Position numbers and translations under genes: made by a program. Of a stretch of 64,000 bases of DNA, positions 8,961-19,598 are shown piece by piece. This stretch comes from a virus. Numbering within the stretch: position 1 is the first letter of the stretch; each line of letters opens with the position of its first letter. Where the stretch lies: positions 32,001 through 96,000 of IMG/VR virus record IMGVR_UViG_3300037470_000672. One strand, written 5' to 3'. The notes below the pieces were generated by a model that saw only the letters and a list, made by a program, of their open reading frames with translations, was not told the DNA's origin and did no database searches.

Positions 8961-10003
8961 TCACGCGGCGGGCTTCTTCCGGGTCTTGTAGGTGGCCTTG
9001 AGCGTGTCGAACAGGTCGGTGTTGTCGAGCATCGCAACGAAAGCGTCGAGGGATGTGCGGTCGATGGTGACGCGATCGACGGTACCGCTGACGGTGCCCA
9101 TGAGACCGCCGGATACGGGAAGCCCGATTTCTTCGAGGCGCTTGCGCTGCGCGTACCACTCGGTGTTGTAGGTCTCGACACGTGCCATCTTGCGCAAGTG
9201 CTCCTCGCGCGTACGCGCCTGCTTTTCACCCTGCTGCTGAACGTACTCGTCCCAGGGCATCAGGACTTCTTGCGGTCGCGCGACCCCGGAGAGCCACTCT
9301 TTGGGTGCGCCGCGGCACAGAGCGACGTTGATGCCCTTCCCTCCGGACCGTTCCTTGGCCCAGCACCCGCGGATATTTCCCACGTAGCCGTCGAAGCCGA
9401 GAATGATCCCCTTCCTCACGTGGCGGAAACCAGCTTTGGTCGAGATGCCGATGGCGTACGTCTCGCCGATCTGGATGTCTTTGCGTTTCATGCCCAGCTC
9501 ACTCCCAGGTCCAACTCCTGGGCCTTTTGCAGTACCTCATCCAACCGCTCCAGGCGGTCTGTGAGGCGGTTGTCGTCGTAACCGCACAGGATGTGCCGCC
9601 CCGATCGTCGGAGGGCCACGGTGCCGTCCTCCTGGGGAACGGTTCGCATCTCGCCACCGTAGGTCTCGGTCTCGGTGCGGAAGGGGGCGCGGACCTTGTC
9701 CTGGTTGAGCGCGCGCATGATAGCGCGGCGCATGTTGGCCACCTCTTCGGCGGGGACCGACCCGCGCAGATCTGGGTCCGCGTACCCCAGCATCCGGAGA
9801 AGGACCACAGCCGTGCGATTGGCCACATTGAGCGAGCACTCGGACTCGCTGTAGGTCACCCACCCACCCTGACAGGACGCACAACCCCACTCGGGAACGG
9901 GCACGCCGTCCGCCTCAGCGAACTCGCGCGTCTGCTCGCAAAGGAAACAATGCTCCCGTACCTCTTGCTTGGGGCCGTCGGTGGGGCAGAAAGTAACGCT
10001 CAT
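8961..10003 (-). CDS. Two hypothetical genes (8961..9491; 9488..10003)
   Basis: ATGA overlaps; promoter TTGCTC-17-TATACT at 10043-10071 with conserved leader. Confidence 0.65.
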
Positions 10004-10137
10004 GAGGAACCTCTTCAGGGAGTCTTCTCTGATCTGAGCTTGAGTATAGACAACGTAAGTGATCAGAGCAAGCCTGATCTGCGTGTAGGTGGTGTTTTTT
10101 TTTCTACTGCCTCGACGTTCGAGATATTCTACGGCTA

Positions 10138-10173
10138 GTCTCGGAATTTCAAAGATCCGAGCATCTTTTCAAC
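10138..10173 (-). repeat. Solo CRISPR repeat copy (34/36, variant B), 9 nt from the palindrome core at 10183-10198
   Basis: GTCTCGGAATTTCAAAGATCCGAGCATCTTTTCAAC. Confidence 0.9.
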
Positions 10174-10209
10174 ACACTCAATCCGCCCGTACGGGCGGAT
10201 CACATCTCG

Positions 10210-11350
10210 TCATCGCAGTAGCTCCTCCCCGTCCTTGTAGACGGCGTTCGCCAGCATGTCCGACTCGTTGCGAGGGTAGGAAGAGGTGGAGCTGTTCCAC
10301 GCCTTCTCGCGCAGCGCCTTTTTGCTGGGCGGACGCCAGCGGGGCGGCATCTCGTAAGCGCTGCGCAAGCGGTGGTGGAAGTTCTGCTGCGGCCCCGGAA
10401 TGTCGTGCCGAGCTGCACCAGACCAGGCAAGCTCACCTTTCTTGGCAAGCCAGTCGAGGGCAGCCTTGCGGGAGGATAGCCGCACAACCTTCGTCTCGGG
10501 GTGGCGCAGGTCGGTCGTCTGCTCGATGCCGTAGAAGACGGTCATCAGTTCGTTCTTCCTTTTTTCATCTCGGCCATGAGGAGGTCAGCTTGGACGGCGG
10601 TCTCTTCAGGAGAGAGGTCTGAAGTACCGCCTCGCTGGCAGCGCTCCCCCATGACGATCAACAGCTCCCGGACCTCGTTATCGGTCCATTGCTGAGGCTT
10701 TCCCGCGCGGTAAGTGTCGAGGAGTTTCTCCAGCGCGCTACTCTCCTCATCGGCCGCGAAACCAAGCGCTGCGGCCTCTTCCTGGAGGGAAAGAAGAAGC
10801 TGCACCTCCTGTCGGCGCTTGTCCAGCTCGCACTCCCACGCAACGATCTTGTTGGCAAGCGTCTTCGCCCTTTCTGGGTCCAAACGATCGACGAACCGTC
10901 TGAACCAGAAATCGCTCCGTTTCGTTGCGAGCTTGTCCGGGTATGTCACTCCTGACCCGCCTCAGTAACGATGATCTTGGGCACCGGTTCATCACCACAT
11001 TGGAACGGCTCGCTTGAAGCGATCGGTCGGGTATCCAGCCCCTCCGTGTAGAACTGGTGCCGAATGACTTGGACGACATCGAATGCGGCCCGGTGCGCAT
11101 TGGGGACCAGAGGGTTGTGGATGCTCGGTCCCCCGCTGGCGAAGTATGCCCCGCCCCCCATCCAGTTGACGATCTGGTGAAGCACGTCACGCGCTTCTGC
11201 CAACCCGTCGACGTAGCCCGGAAGATGCTGCGTGTTGTCGAGGACCGCGCTGGCAAGCTGTCCCATGCCCAAACGCGCCAGCGTGTCACACGCTTGCATG
11301 ATGGCACGCGCCTGACCCTCGGTCAGCTCCAGCCGGTACAGCTTCGTCAT
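10210..11350 (-). CDS. Three hypothetical genes (10210..10545; 10545..10949; 10946..11350)
   Basis: Coupled ORFs; TTGACG-17-TATAGT promoter immediately upstream of 11350. Confidence 0.65.
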
Positions 11351-11467
11351 GCTCTGACTATAGGCGCGCTATGTTATAGCGTCAAGCCGGGGCTACCTGA
11401 TCTTGCGTTGTCGGAGGTTGTTCCAGGTTCTATCGGACCACTCCAGCAGGGGCAGGGAAGAAGCTCT

Positions 11468-11503
11468 GTCTCGGAATTTCAAGGATCCGAGCATCCATTT
11501 AAC
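11468..11503 (-). repeat. Solo CRISPR repeat copy (34/36)
   Basis: GTCTCGGAATTTCAAGGATCCGAGCATCCATTTAAC. Confidence 0.9.
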
Positions 11504-11686
11504 CTTTCGCGGTTTCGGTGTCGTACGCGCCCTCAAAGCAGGTAAGTCATCGATCGGCGTCTCGGCGAATTTTTGGATCCGACACCTGCCCCGAGTAGAG
11601 CGCGTACACAGCCCACATCTCAAAAGGAGCCCGCAGAAACTCATCCAAGGAAGCGGCCGTCAGGGTATCAAGTAAAGCATGTGCGT

Positions 11687-12415
11687 TCATACGTGCTTCC
11701 GAAGAAAAGACGAATAGTATTCATTCTCCCATAGCAACCTACCCATACCTCGACCAGGAACACCTCCTACCCGGCATACCCGTAGGCTCTCGCGTGGCCA
11801 ACGGCCGCCACCCAGCATTCCGTAGTTCGGATGGATCGGCAGGTCGTGCTTGGCTAGGTAGGCGTACACGTCCTGTATCTTCCAGTACCCGATCGGTGCC
11901 AGGGTATTGAGGCTGCGTAGGCCGTGCTTCATCATGCGGATCGCTCTGCCGCCCGACTCGTCTCGGCGTATTCCTGACAGGTAGCGAGTGTATGGAAGTT
12001 TCTTGAAACAGCGCAGAAATACCTTGTCGGTCTGCCTATCGATCTCGTTTTCGCTCCCGTCAATACCTGTGTAGTCTGCCAAGACCTCCTGGTAGGGCAT
12101 AGGAAATCTCGTCAGGAACGCGTCCCGGACGATAGCGTTGTATGGGTTCTCTCCTGGCTGCTGGATAATGTGCACGAGAAGGACCTTATCTTGGCAGACT
12201 TCCCAAAGCAGATGTGCGCAGGTGACCGAGTCCTTGCCCCAAGACACGCTGAGGTAGCAAGGGCCGTCCGCCACGAACTCGGAGATTGCGCTCCTGGCCT
12301 GCTCAGCGCGCCGCTGGAAGACAGGAAGGCTGGCGTAGGCGAGGTCGGCTTCGGCCAGGGTAGCCCACATCTCGCGGTCGGCTTGGGTGTGGGAGGGGAC
12401 TGGAATCAGGCCCAC
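11687..12415 (-). CDS. CysH/PAPS-reductase-like protein of a type IV-B locus
   Basis: PP-loop SVSWGKDS; SGIRRDESGGR; LAPIGYW..DVYAYL...LPIHPNY. Confidence 0.8.
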   Translation of the reverse strand: MGLIPVPSHTQADREMWATLAEADLAYASLPVFQRRAEQARSAISEFVADGPCYLSVSWGKDSVTCAHLLWEVCQDKVLLVHIIQQPGENPYNAIVRDAFLTRFPMPYQEVLADYTGIDGSENEIDRQTDKVFLRCFKKLPYTRYLSGIRRDESGGRAIRMMKHGLRSLNTLAPIGYWKIQDVYAYLAKHDLPIHPNYGMLGGGRWPRESLRVCRVGGVPGRGMGRLLWENEYYSSFLRKHV

Positions 12416-12422
12416 GGAAGCG

Positions 12423-13043
12423 TTACTCCCAGGCGCGGGAGAACTCCCGGTCGCGGAAGGCGTCGGCGAGCCCTGTGATCTGCTTGAGCCGCAAGACTTC
12501 GTCCGGATCCATGCCCAGTTCTTGGCTAATCCGCTCGTTGCTCCAGTGATGTTTGGTCAACGCCGTCACGAGCTTGGCGCTCAGCTCCACCTGATGCGTC
12601 CCACGAGCCAGGTTGTGCCGCACGGTGGACGTCATCCGGTCCTGAACACCCTTGTTCAGCTCCACCAGGGGGATGTAGCCACCCAAAGACTCCCGAATAT
12701 CCTCCCGGTTCTGGATAACGGTAGTGCGATGGAAACCGTCCACCACCACGTAGTCACCGGCATAAGGGTCTTTGGCTGCGACAATGGGCATCGTCACCCC
12801 ATCCTTCCGGATGGAAAATTCCAAAAGCTTCATCTCCGGCGGGGCAACGACGTTGGGGTTGTAATCATTGCCCTTGACCTGCTCAGACGGGACCAGCTTC
12901 ACGCCTGTTACAGGGTGGGGGAGCCCGAGGAATGCTTGGAGTGCTTCGCTGATCTCGTTGAAGACCTTCACACGCTCGTCGAGCGACAAGTCTGCGCTTT
13001 CGGCCAGGGTACGCTTGAACGCTTCCAAGTCATCCCACATCAC
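12423..13043 (-). CDS. IbrB-like ParB/Srx-domain protein
   Basis: GNDYNPNVVAPPEMKLLEFSIRKDG.TMPIV; VVDGFHR; STVRHNLARG. Confidence 0.85.
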   Translation of the reverse strand: MMWDDLEAFKRTLAESADLSLDERVKVFNEISEALQAFLGLPHPVTGVKLVPSEQVKGNDYNPNVVAPPEMKLLEFSIRKDGVTMPIVAAKDPYAGDYVVVDGFHRTTVIQNREDIRESLGGYIPLVELNKGVQDRMTSTVRHNLARGTHQVELSAKLVTALTKHHWSNERISQELGMDPDEVLRLKQITGLADAFRDREFSRAWE

Positions 13044-14313
13044 GCGCCTCCGAAAACCGTGCAATCAGAGAAAGCTGGCGCTCCATCTCCCGCTTGGTAG
13101 GGGAGAAACTCAACCCCTTTACCCAGTAATCGTTCTTGAGCAGTACCTTCACAATCCTGCGCCAAGAGGGAAGGCGGCATCTGACTCCGTTCACGAGCAG
13201 CCCGGATTCTAGGCGCTTGTCGGGGCATGCGTCGGGGATACCCTTCGTCCAGTCCGGGAGAAGATTGGCTTCACGAAGCGCCCTTACCATTGGCTCATCG
13301 TTGCGGTGTTTGCGCCACCAACGGAGGAAGGTGCGGATCTTGGTCCGATAGTGCGCAGCGATGTTGGGGGGCATGGTGTTGAGCAACAGCTTCGCGTAGC
13401 TCTTGTGCGTGTGTCCCGGAGGAAGAACCACCTTGAGGTTGCCCATGATGTGGGACTGTGTCTTGGAGTAGCGGCTCCCGTAGTTGGCCCCTTCTACACG
13501 AGCGACCACTTTGGTCCATGTTTCGGGTTCCAGGAGCTTGAAGAGGTAGAGCCCTTTGCGCTGGTCATCACCATAGGGCTGGCAAAGGCGCATCTGATGC
13601 AGCGTCAACCCAGCTAAGTGCATGAGGTCGTAGATTCTGTTGTAATCCCAGCCGAGCTTGCCGTTGGCGGTCCAAACGTCCTCGGTAGTCCAATCGTAAA
13701 TGGGGTAGGCGTTGCACACCGTATCGGACAACCAGGTGGTCCACATGCGACCATCCAGGGTATCCTTGTGGGTGTTCTTGATAGTCCGATAGCGGTTGAG
13801 GCTCTCGTCGCTACGAATGGCGACCAAGCAAGCGGTCTTGGAGCCATCAGCGAACCACCCCCCAAACTCAGGGACGAATTCCTCAAACTCCATCCCCTTG
13901 CGGAAGAAGGGGAAGAAACCGGGGTCTGAGATCACGCCCCTGTGCTCAGGAAGCGGACGGATCCAAGCGTCGCGCTTGTCCGGATCCCAACACATCCAAT
14001 GCGGCTGAATCTGAGATACAGCATTCCGAAGATGGATGGGAAGACATACCCACCAAGGCCGGATATCTTGTGTAGCGAACACCCGTTGGACGTAGCTGAT
14101 CGTATGTGCGTACTGACCTTCCAAATCGACCAGAAGAACATCCAGAGGAAGACGTCCCAACTCCCTGGCGGCCCCCAAGGCCAGGTTGAGTAATACTCCG
14201 CTGTCCTTACCCCCGCTGAAGGACAGGTAGACCTTGTCAAAATGGGCGTAGATTTCGCGAATCCGCCGTCGGGCAGCACAGAGCACATCCTCGGTCAGGT
14301 ACGTCTTCGGCAT
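13030..14313 (-). CDS. IbrA-like PAPS-reductase/DUF3440 protein
   Basis: SFSGGKDS; IRSDESLNRY; PIYDWTTEDVW; MRLCQPYGDDQRKGL; LLKNDYW. Confidence 0.85.
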   Translation of the reverse strand: MPKTYLTEDVLCAARRRIREIYAHFDKVYLSFSGGKDSGVLLNLALGAARELGRLPLDVLLVDLEGQYAHTISYVQRVFATQDIRPWWVCLPIHLRNAVSQIQPHWMCWDPDKRDAWIRPLPEHRGVISDPGFFPFFRKGMEFEEFVPEFGGWFADGSKTACLVAIRSDESLNRYRTIKNTHKDTLDGRMWTTWLSDTVCNAYPIYDWTTEDVWTANGKLGWDYNRIYDLMHLAGLTLHQMRLCQPYGDDQRKGLYLFKLLEPETWTKVVARVEGANYGSRYSKTQSHIMGNLKVVLPPGHTHKSYAKLLLNTMPPNIAAHYRTKIRTFLRWWRKHRNDEPMVRALREANLLPDWTKGIPDACPDKRLESGLLVNGVRCRLPSWRRIVKVLLKNDYWVKGLSFSPTKREMERQLSLIARFSEARDVG

Positions 14314-14319
14314 CGATCC

Positions 14320-15021
14320 TCAACACGGCACCACAATGTCCCGGTAAAGCGACCTTTGCCAGTAGGGAGGGCAAGGGCTTCCGTAGTCCTGGCGAAAACC
14401 CGCCAGATTTCCTACTCGCAGAAGGTCGGAGAAGGGTAAGGGCCTCATGAGCACCCGTTTCCCCTCGGATTCCGCAAACCAAGACAGATCGCAGGAGTGA
14501 GGTTCAACAACCCACCCGAGGACACGGCCGTGCCCGTACGCCGTCTTCTTCCCCAGGTAGACCACTTTCTTGAGGCGCCGGCGGATGTAGGCAGCGTTTC
14601 CCACAGCGAACCAGACGATCTTCTCAAAAAAGCGAAGGCGGAAGGGTAGTCGGTAACCCTTGAGGGCGCCACTGGTGGTACTGATCACACCTCGCCGAGA
14701 CGGATCAAGCGCATCGCGATCGTCACCCCAACGCTTATGTACGTGCGCGGTACCCTCCCAAAGAGGCTCAGAAAAAATCGGAGAAGAGCAGCAGGGGACC
14801 GGTAACCCGTCGACAGTGGCTCTTGCCACGCCGATAGGCAAGGTACCGATCTCTGTGACTGGTTGACCACGCGGGTGGATGGTGATGTTGCGCCCTCGTG
14901 CCTTAGCAATCGAAGGCGCATGAAACGCCATCACGAACTCCAGCAGCGCATCGAGCATGGGCGGATCGCCGCAGATGCTACCCGCCATGTGAGCAGTGAT
15001 CTTGATCGGCTCGTACTTCAC
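14320..15021 (-). CDS. csf3: Type IV CRISPR Csf3 (Cas5-family)
   Basis: PMLDALL; PVPCCSSP; VWFAVG; LGKKTAYGHGRVLGW; PPYW; GTG start overlaps the csf2 stop. Confidence 0.75.
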   Translation of the reverse strand: MKYEPIKITAHMAGSICGDPPMLDALLEFVMAFHAPSIAKARGRNITIHPRGQPVTEIGTLPIGVARATVDGLPVPCCSSPIFSEPLWEGTAHVHKRWGDDRDALDPSRRGVISTTSGALKGYRLPFRLRFFEKIVWFAVGNAAYIRRRLKKVVYLGKKTAYGHGRVLGWVVEPHSCDLSWFAESEGKRVLMRPLPFSDLLRVGNLAGFRQDYGSPCPPYWQRSLYRDIVVPC

Positions 15022-15914
15022 GCCGACTTGCTCGCACGCTTCTTCCCCTTCCGCGGGAAGAGCCTCTCCAGAAGCGCTCGTCCCTCCTCCCTGGAGGCTA
15101 AAAGGTGCTCTTTGTACTGCTCCACCGCGTACTCCCAACCCTCGGGAAACCCTACAAGGAGCCTGATGCGCCCATGACCACGGGAGGCTTGCCCGCCGAT
15201 AGCCCCGCCTTCGTTCTGCCAACGGTCCAAGGCATACAGGAGAGCGCCGATGGTGATCTTATCGACCCGGTTGGCGCGGAACTCGGAAACGAAGCGGGCG
15301 CCGGCTGCGACGGATTCGCCGCCGTAGATCATTTGCGAGCTGTCACTCAAACCCTGTTCCGAAGAGAGCAGGTCAGGTGTACTGATCGTGCTGTTGCTAC
15401 GGGTGTACTGCCACCCCTGTACGAACTCCCGAGCCGGCCGGAGATTGAGCCCGCTGAGCCACTTCTCCGGGACGAATGATCGCAGCCGGTCTTGGTTCTC
15501 GGCGCATACCAAGACACCCATGGAGACCTGGAGCTGCCCGGGGATGGGAGTGCTCGGCAGAGACAAGCCCAAGAGCTTCGCCAACGAGAGCAGGCGGTAC
15601 ACGTCCTGCTGCTGGCTGAGGCTCTCGCGCCCGCCCTTCTCGGTCAGCGAGCCGCCGTGAAAGAGAAAGTTGAGCTGCATCTCGTCGAGGGCGCCGTACA
15701 AGTCCCAGGACTCGACCAAGTGCCGAGCCAAAGGCGCGCGGACAACGCGGTGACGGAGAGCGTTGCCGGTTATGGTGGGCACCATCCGAACGCCAGACGG
15801 GGTAACTACCGGCTCGCGCATGAGCACGGCCTCGTTCCCTTCGGTTCCAGCCATGTGCGTGAGCCGCGACTCAACGGCGAGAAGGGCCGGCAGGATGTAG
15901 GTTTCTGACTTCAT
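15018..15914 (-). CDS. csf2: Type IV CRISPR Csf2 (Cas7-family backbone)
   Basis: LTHMAGTEGNEAVLMREPV; PTITGNALRH; FLFHGGSL; IGGQASRGHG glycine-rich loop. Confidence 0.85.
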   Translation of the reverse strand: MKSETYILPALLAVESRLTHMAGTEGNEAVLMREPVVTPSGVRMVPTITGNALRHRVVRAPLARHLVESWDLYGALDEMQLNFLFHGGSLTEKGGRESLSQQQDVYRLLSLAKLLGLSLPSTPIPGQLQVSMGVLVCAENQDRLRSFVPEKWLSGLNLRPAREFVQGWQYTRSNSTISTPDLLSSEQGLSDSSQMIYGGESVAAGARFVSEFRANRVDKITIGALLYALDRWQNEGGAIGGQASRGHGRIRLLVGFPEGWEYAVEQYKEHLLASREEGRALLERLFPRKGKKRASKSA

Positions 15915-16357
15915 AAAGCGCCCCCACCCTTGTTACTGGTCTTGTACTCCTGCCACCGTACCCGACCGTGGATGAGCACCGCGTACTGGTACTTGCGGAT
16001 GTACTCGACCAGCGCGGCTCGTGTTCCGTCCGAGAGGGCCGTAAGGCAGGAAAGCAGAGTCACTACATGAGGGCTCGCCGCGACCGTGTGTTCCGCCTTC
16101 ACGTGCTCTAGGCACCGCGACAGGAACAAGTCCATGTCGCCATCCCCTGCTTCCTGGGAGGCGGTCGCCAACGCGGATCCGATCCTGTCCCAGAGCTTGA
16201 TCGGATCAAGCACGTCGCGGTTGTAACAGAGCGCCAACACGAAGCAGATGTTGGTGGCCAAGTCCTTCAGCTCTGCTGTGTCAGGTACGTCGATGACGGG
16301 TTGCGTCAGGCCGGCCAGCTCACGGCGAAACGACGCGGCGTCGAGGTTCTCAATCAT
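15911..16357 (-). CDS. Type IV-B small subunit (Cas11-like)
   Basis: About 148-aa helical ORF between csf1 and csf2, ATGA-coupled. Confidence 0.6.
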   Translation of the reverse strand: MIENLDAASFRRELAGLTQPVIDVPDTAELKDLATNICFVLALCYNRDVLDPIKLWDRIGSALATASQEAGDGDMDLFLSRCLEHVKAEHTVAASPHVVTLLSCLTALSDGTRAALVEYIRKYQYAVLIHGRVRWQEYKTSNKGGGAL

Positions 16358-17031
16358 GGACTGCCCCTGGGAGGAGTGTGAAGAAACGCCGCTAGACGAG
16401 TAAGCGGCTCTCCAGCTACGGGAGCCCACGTCTCCAGGAGTTGGAAAGCCTCTTCGCCGTAGGCGTTGTGCAAAGCAATCGCGCTTGAAGAGGAAGGCCC
16501 CACCAATACCCCCGCGCGGCCGGTTACCGGTACAAGTCGATCTATCAGGTCCAACCGAGATCGCAAAGAAAAAGGCGCGTAGGTTAGCTGTTCTTCCTCA
16601 AGAAGGAGGGAAACGATGTCAGATTGCCAGTTTACGGGAGCCCGAAAGAGGAGCTGTTTCTGCCCACTCGTTGCAATCACAACAGCAAAAGGAGGCGTAG
16701 GTGGTTGAAGGCATACCTGGGATAGTTTTTGCCGATCTTCAATAGCCTTGCTGAAGAAATCTGCCGTGGTGGCAGTGACTACCCAGGAGTAGTTGCGGAT
16801 CTTTTGGGGCTTGTCTTTGCCCAGGTCCGCCTTCTCGTCCAGTGCTACAGGGCAGCCGTCGCAGACCCAATCGCTCTCAGGACAGACAACGCTACGCCAG
16901 GCGGTGAAGGTCTTTTTCAAAGCAGTCTCGACGGGTGTGTCGCGAGCTGCGCCGCCGCAAAAGAAACACTGATTTGAGCCTGGGATAACCGGTATGCCGC
17001 GTGCCTGAGCAAACAACATCGGCGCGGACAT
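16354..17031 (-). CDS. csf1: Type IV CRISPR Csf1 (Cas8-like, Zn-binding)
   Basis: CFFCG...VCDGC; KIRNYSW; PPFAVVIATSGQKQLLFRAPVN. Confidence 0.75.
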   Translation of the reverse strand: MSAPMLFAQARGIPVIPGSNQCFFCGGAARDTPVETALKKTFTAWRSVVCPESDWVCDGCPVALDEKADLGKDKPQKIRNYSWVVTATTADFFSKAIEDRQKLSQVCLQPPTPPFAVVIATSGQKQLLFRAPVNWQSDIVSLLLEEEQLTYAPFSLRSRLDLIDRLVPVTGRAGVLVGPSSSSAIALHNAYGEEAFQLLETWAPVAGEPLTRLAAFLHTPPRGSP

Positions 17032-17056
17032 CTTCACAGAGGAGGGGTAAGCGGTT

Positions 17057-18716
17057 TCACTCAACGCTGGCTGCCGGGTCGGGGCCAAAGATCAGCTCGG
17101 GCCAACCCGTCAGCTCCTTGGCTACCTGGGAACCTGTGTACGACAGACAATCAGCAAAGCCGAGGAGCTTCATGGCGAGGAGGAGGATGCGGCGCTCATG
17201 ATCTGTTGTAGGTATTCGCTCTTCCGCCCACTTCGCTTGCGCCAAGATCGACGCGCATTGCCGCGCCAGCTTGCGCTGGGGGAACCGCGCGAGAAACGTC
17301 CCGCTTTGCCGGTGGGTGAGGTTCCACCGCGGTCCGCGGTGGCTTTCTTCGCGGATGACTGCCCATCCGCCGATCAGTTCTGCCTGACGTTCTTCGCGTT
17401 CCCCCTGCCCGAGAAGGATCTCCACCATCCCCTTCACCATCTTGGGCGTCTGGTGCTCCTGGCAGATTTCGTTGACCCGCAGACGCCTGGCGTCCTCCTG
17501 CCGACGCGCCTTGGCTGCACCGGAACGCTCGTCCTTGTCCGCTTGTCGGGCTTGTTCGATGTCCAGCTTCCCCCGATCGTTGTAGACGACGAAGTCTACA
17601 TGGCTGGTACGGAGGAACTTTCGCAGCCCTTGCAGGTAGGCGTCCCCAGAGATGGAAGTGCTCTCCTGTTGTCGCCACACGCCCCCATCCCAGTTGAGAA
17701 CTACATGCTCGAACCCGCCCACCGTCTGGCGGTAGACGTCTGCCCAGCCATGCGCGACCTCTGCCACGCCGCGGTGCCCCAAGAGAAAGGACCACCGAGC
17801 CAGGAAGTTTAGGACGTCTTTGCCGGGCTTGGAGCCGAGACAGCCGGTCACTTGTGAAACCTAAGATCCCGGTCCGACCATCGGCTCGTGTAGTCAAGGA
17901 GGCCATCGAAGCCGACCGACGCATCATCGCCGTTGGCGAGCCACTTCGCAATGTCAGCCACCGCCTCCTGAAAACGATCTGGGATGTCATCCTCTCCGCT
18001 AAGATCCGAGAGGATCGCAACACCAAGCCGCACCCTCGCGTCGCTGATCGGTTGCTGTAGAAAATGCGTCCGGAGCGCATCATAGGCGATGGTGATCTCG
18101 TCACACTTCTCGTGGAGACTGCGCATACGGTCCATCAGGAAGAAGCGGAACGTGACCGTCCAATACCAGACCTCCGGGCTCTCGGGGTCGACCACCTCAG
18201 CCTTGAGCACGTCGATCACGCCGTCCAGGTCGACCTCCCAACACCTTCCGTCGGGGTCGGTCATTTCGACGCCCACGTACTCGAACGTCATGGACGCGGG
18301 ACCCTCCGACGATTTGAACCGAAACACGACGGTGGCGTCGTGTTTCAGGTCTTGGGTCGGAAACGGCATCGCTTCAACGCCGCGCTCGATTGCTTCGCCG
18401 AAATAATCAAAAACGGAGCCGAACCGCTCGTGCCTGTGCGGGAGAACTTCCAGAATGTTGACGTCGTCGGCCACGGTCCCTCCTAGGGGATGTAGAACAC
18501 CGGGTCACCGTACTCGTCGTCGTACGGCTGGACGATCTCTGCGTCCGTCTTGGGGCGCGGGGCGCAGGCACGAAGGAACTTCCCGTCCTTGTCCTGCTCG
18601 TGGCGCGCCGCGAGCCACTTCGGGTCGGCGACGCGGCGCAGCATCTCACACAGCTCCCGCACTTCTTTGCGGGTGACGCCCTCCTTGAGCTTCATGAGGA
18701 CTGCGTGGCGCCTCAT
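17057..18716 (-). CDS. Three hypothetical genes (17057..17851; 17848..18474; 18483..18716)
   Basis: Coupled ORFs under promoter TTGACC-17-TAGGAT (18756-18784) with conserved leader; no promoter or terminator seen before csf1. Confidence 0.6.
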
Positions 18717-18824
18717 GTCTTCCTCCTTCATGGACAAGTCCCTGATCTGTTGACAATCCTAAGTGCATAGGGGGTTTAGGTCAAGAAAAACGGCAGATCT
18801 GTTGTGACCGGTATCACCAGCAGA

Positions 18825-19313
18825 TCAGCGCGTGGGCGGGCCGAACAACAGGTCCACCACCTTGCGCCACCAGGGCCGCCGCCCCGGCTCTACCTTCACC
18901 AACGACCGGGAAAGCTCAGGAGCGCGAACCTCGCTGTCGTCGTACTTCCAAGGGCCTATGCGGCACAACTTCACGCGGGACTGTAAGTCCGCCCACGCCA
19001 ACAACTCGTCGTTGAGCCACCGCAGGCCGGCCTTTTCTGCTTCACCGTAGGATCGCTCGGTGCCCGCGCTCTGCTTGCGATAACCAGTGTGGAAGAGCAA
19101 CTCCGTCTTCCACACGGTGGTGCTTTTCTCCCGCATGACTCGGACTTGGCCTATCCAGCGGCCTTGGGGGTCTTCGATCACGCCCAGCCGGCCGCCCCCG
19201 GCGCCACCGGGTACGCGCGCCCATTCCATCTTCAAGCGCCCCTGCGGAAGAAACTCCGGGGCGATGCGCTTGACGAGTAAACTGTGCTGGTGTGCGCGGA
19301 GATTGAGACCCAT
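18825..19313 (-). CDS. Hypothetical protein
   Basis: 162-aa ORF. Confidence 0.55.
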   Translation of the reverse strand: MGLNLRAHQHSLLVKRIAPEFLPQGRLKMEWARVPGGAGGGRLGVIEDPQGRWIGQVRVMREKSTTVWKTELLFHTGYRKQSAGTERSYGEAEKAGLRWLNDELLAWADLQSRVKLCRIGPWKYDDSEVRAPELSRSLVKVEPGRRPWWRKVVDLLFGPPTR

Positions 19314-19598
19314 CGCGAGAACCTTATGTGAAAATGGAAGCTGGGTCTGAAATATGAAGCCTTATTGGTCGTGGTAGAGGTCGTAACCTAGTGTCCCCAG
19401 GGCTGGTAGTAGCCAGGCTGTTTACGAGGTTGTTGGGGTTGTTGGAGCCGGCGCTCTACCGCTTGTCGAACGTGCTTCAGCTCGTCCACCCCCTGCTGGC
19501 AGCCTGTATCCGAGCATCGGGAATCCCGAGCAGCTCACGGACCTTCTGTGCGTCCTGCGATGAGATGTTCACCCTGTTACCGTAGTATCGGAGTGGGC

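Noticed and set aside
19507-19518. TATCCGAGCATC, the repeat core
   Set aside because: The flanks do not align to the repeat, so it is not counted as a copy.
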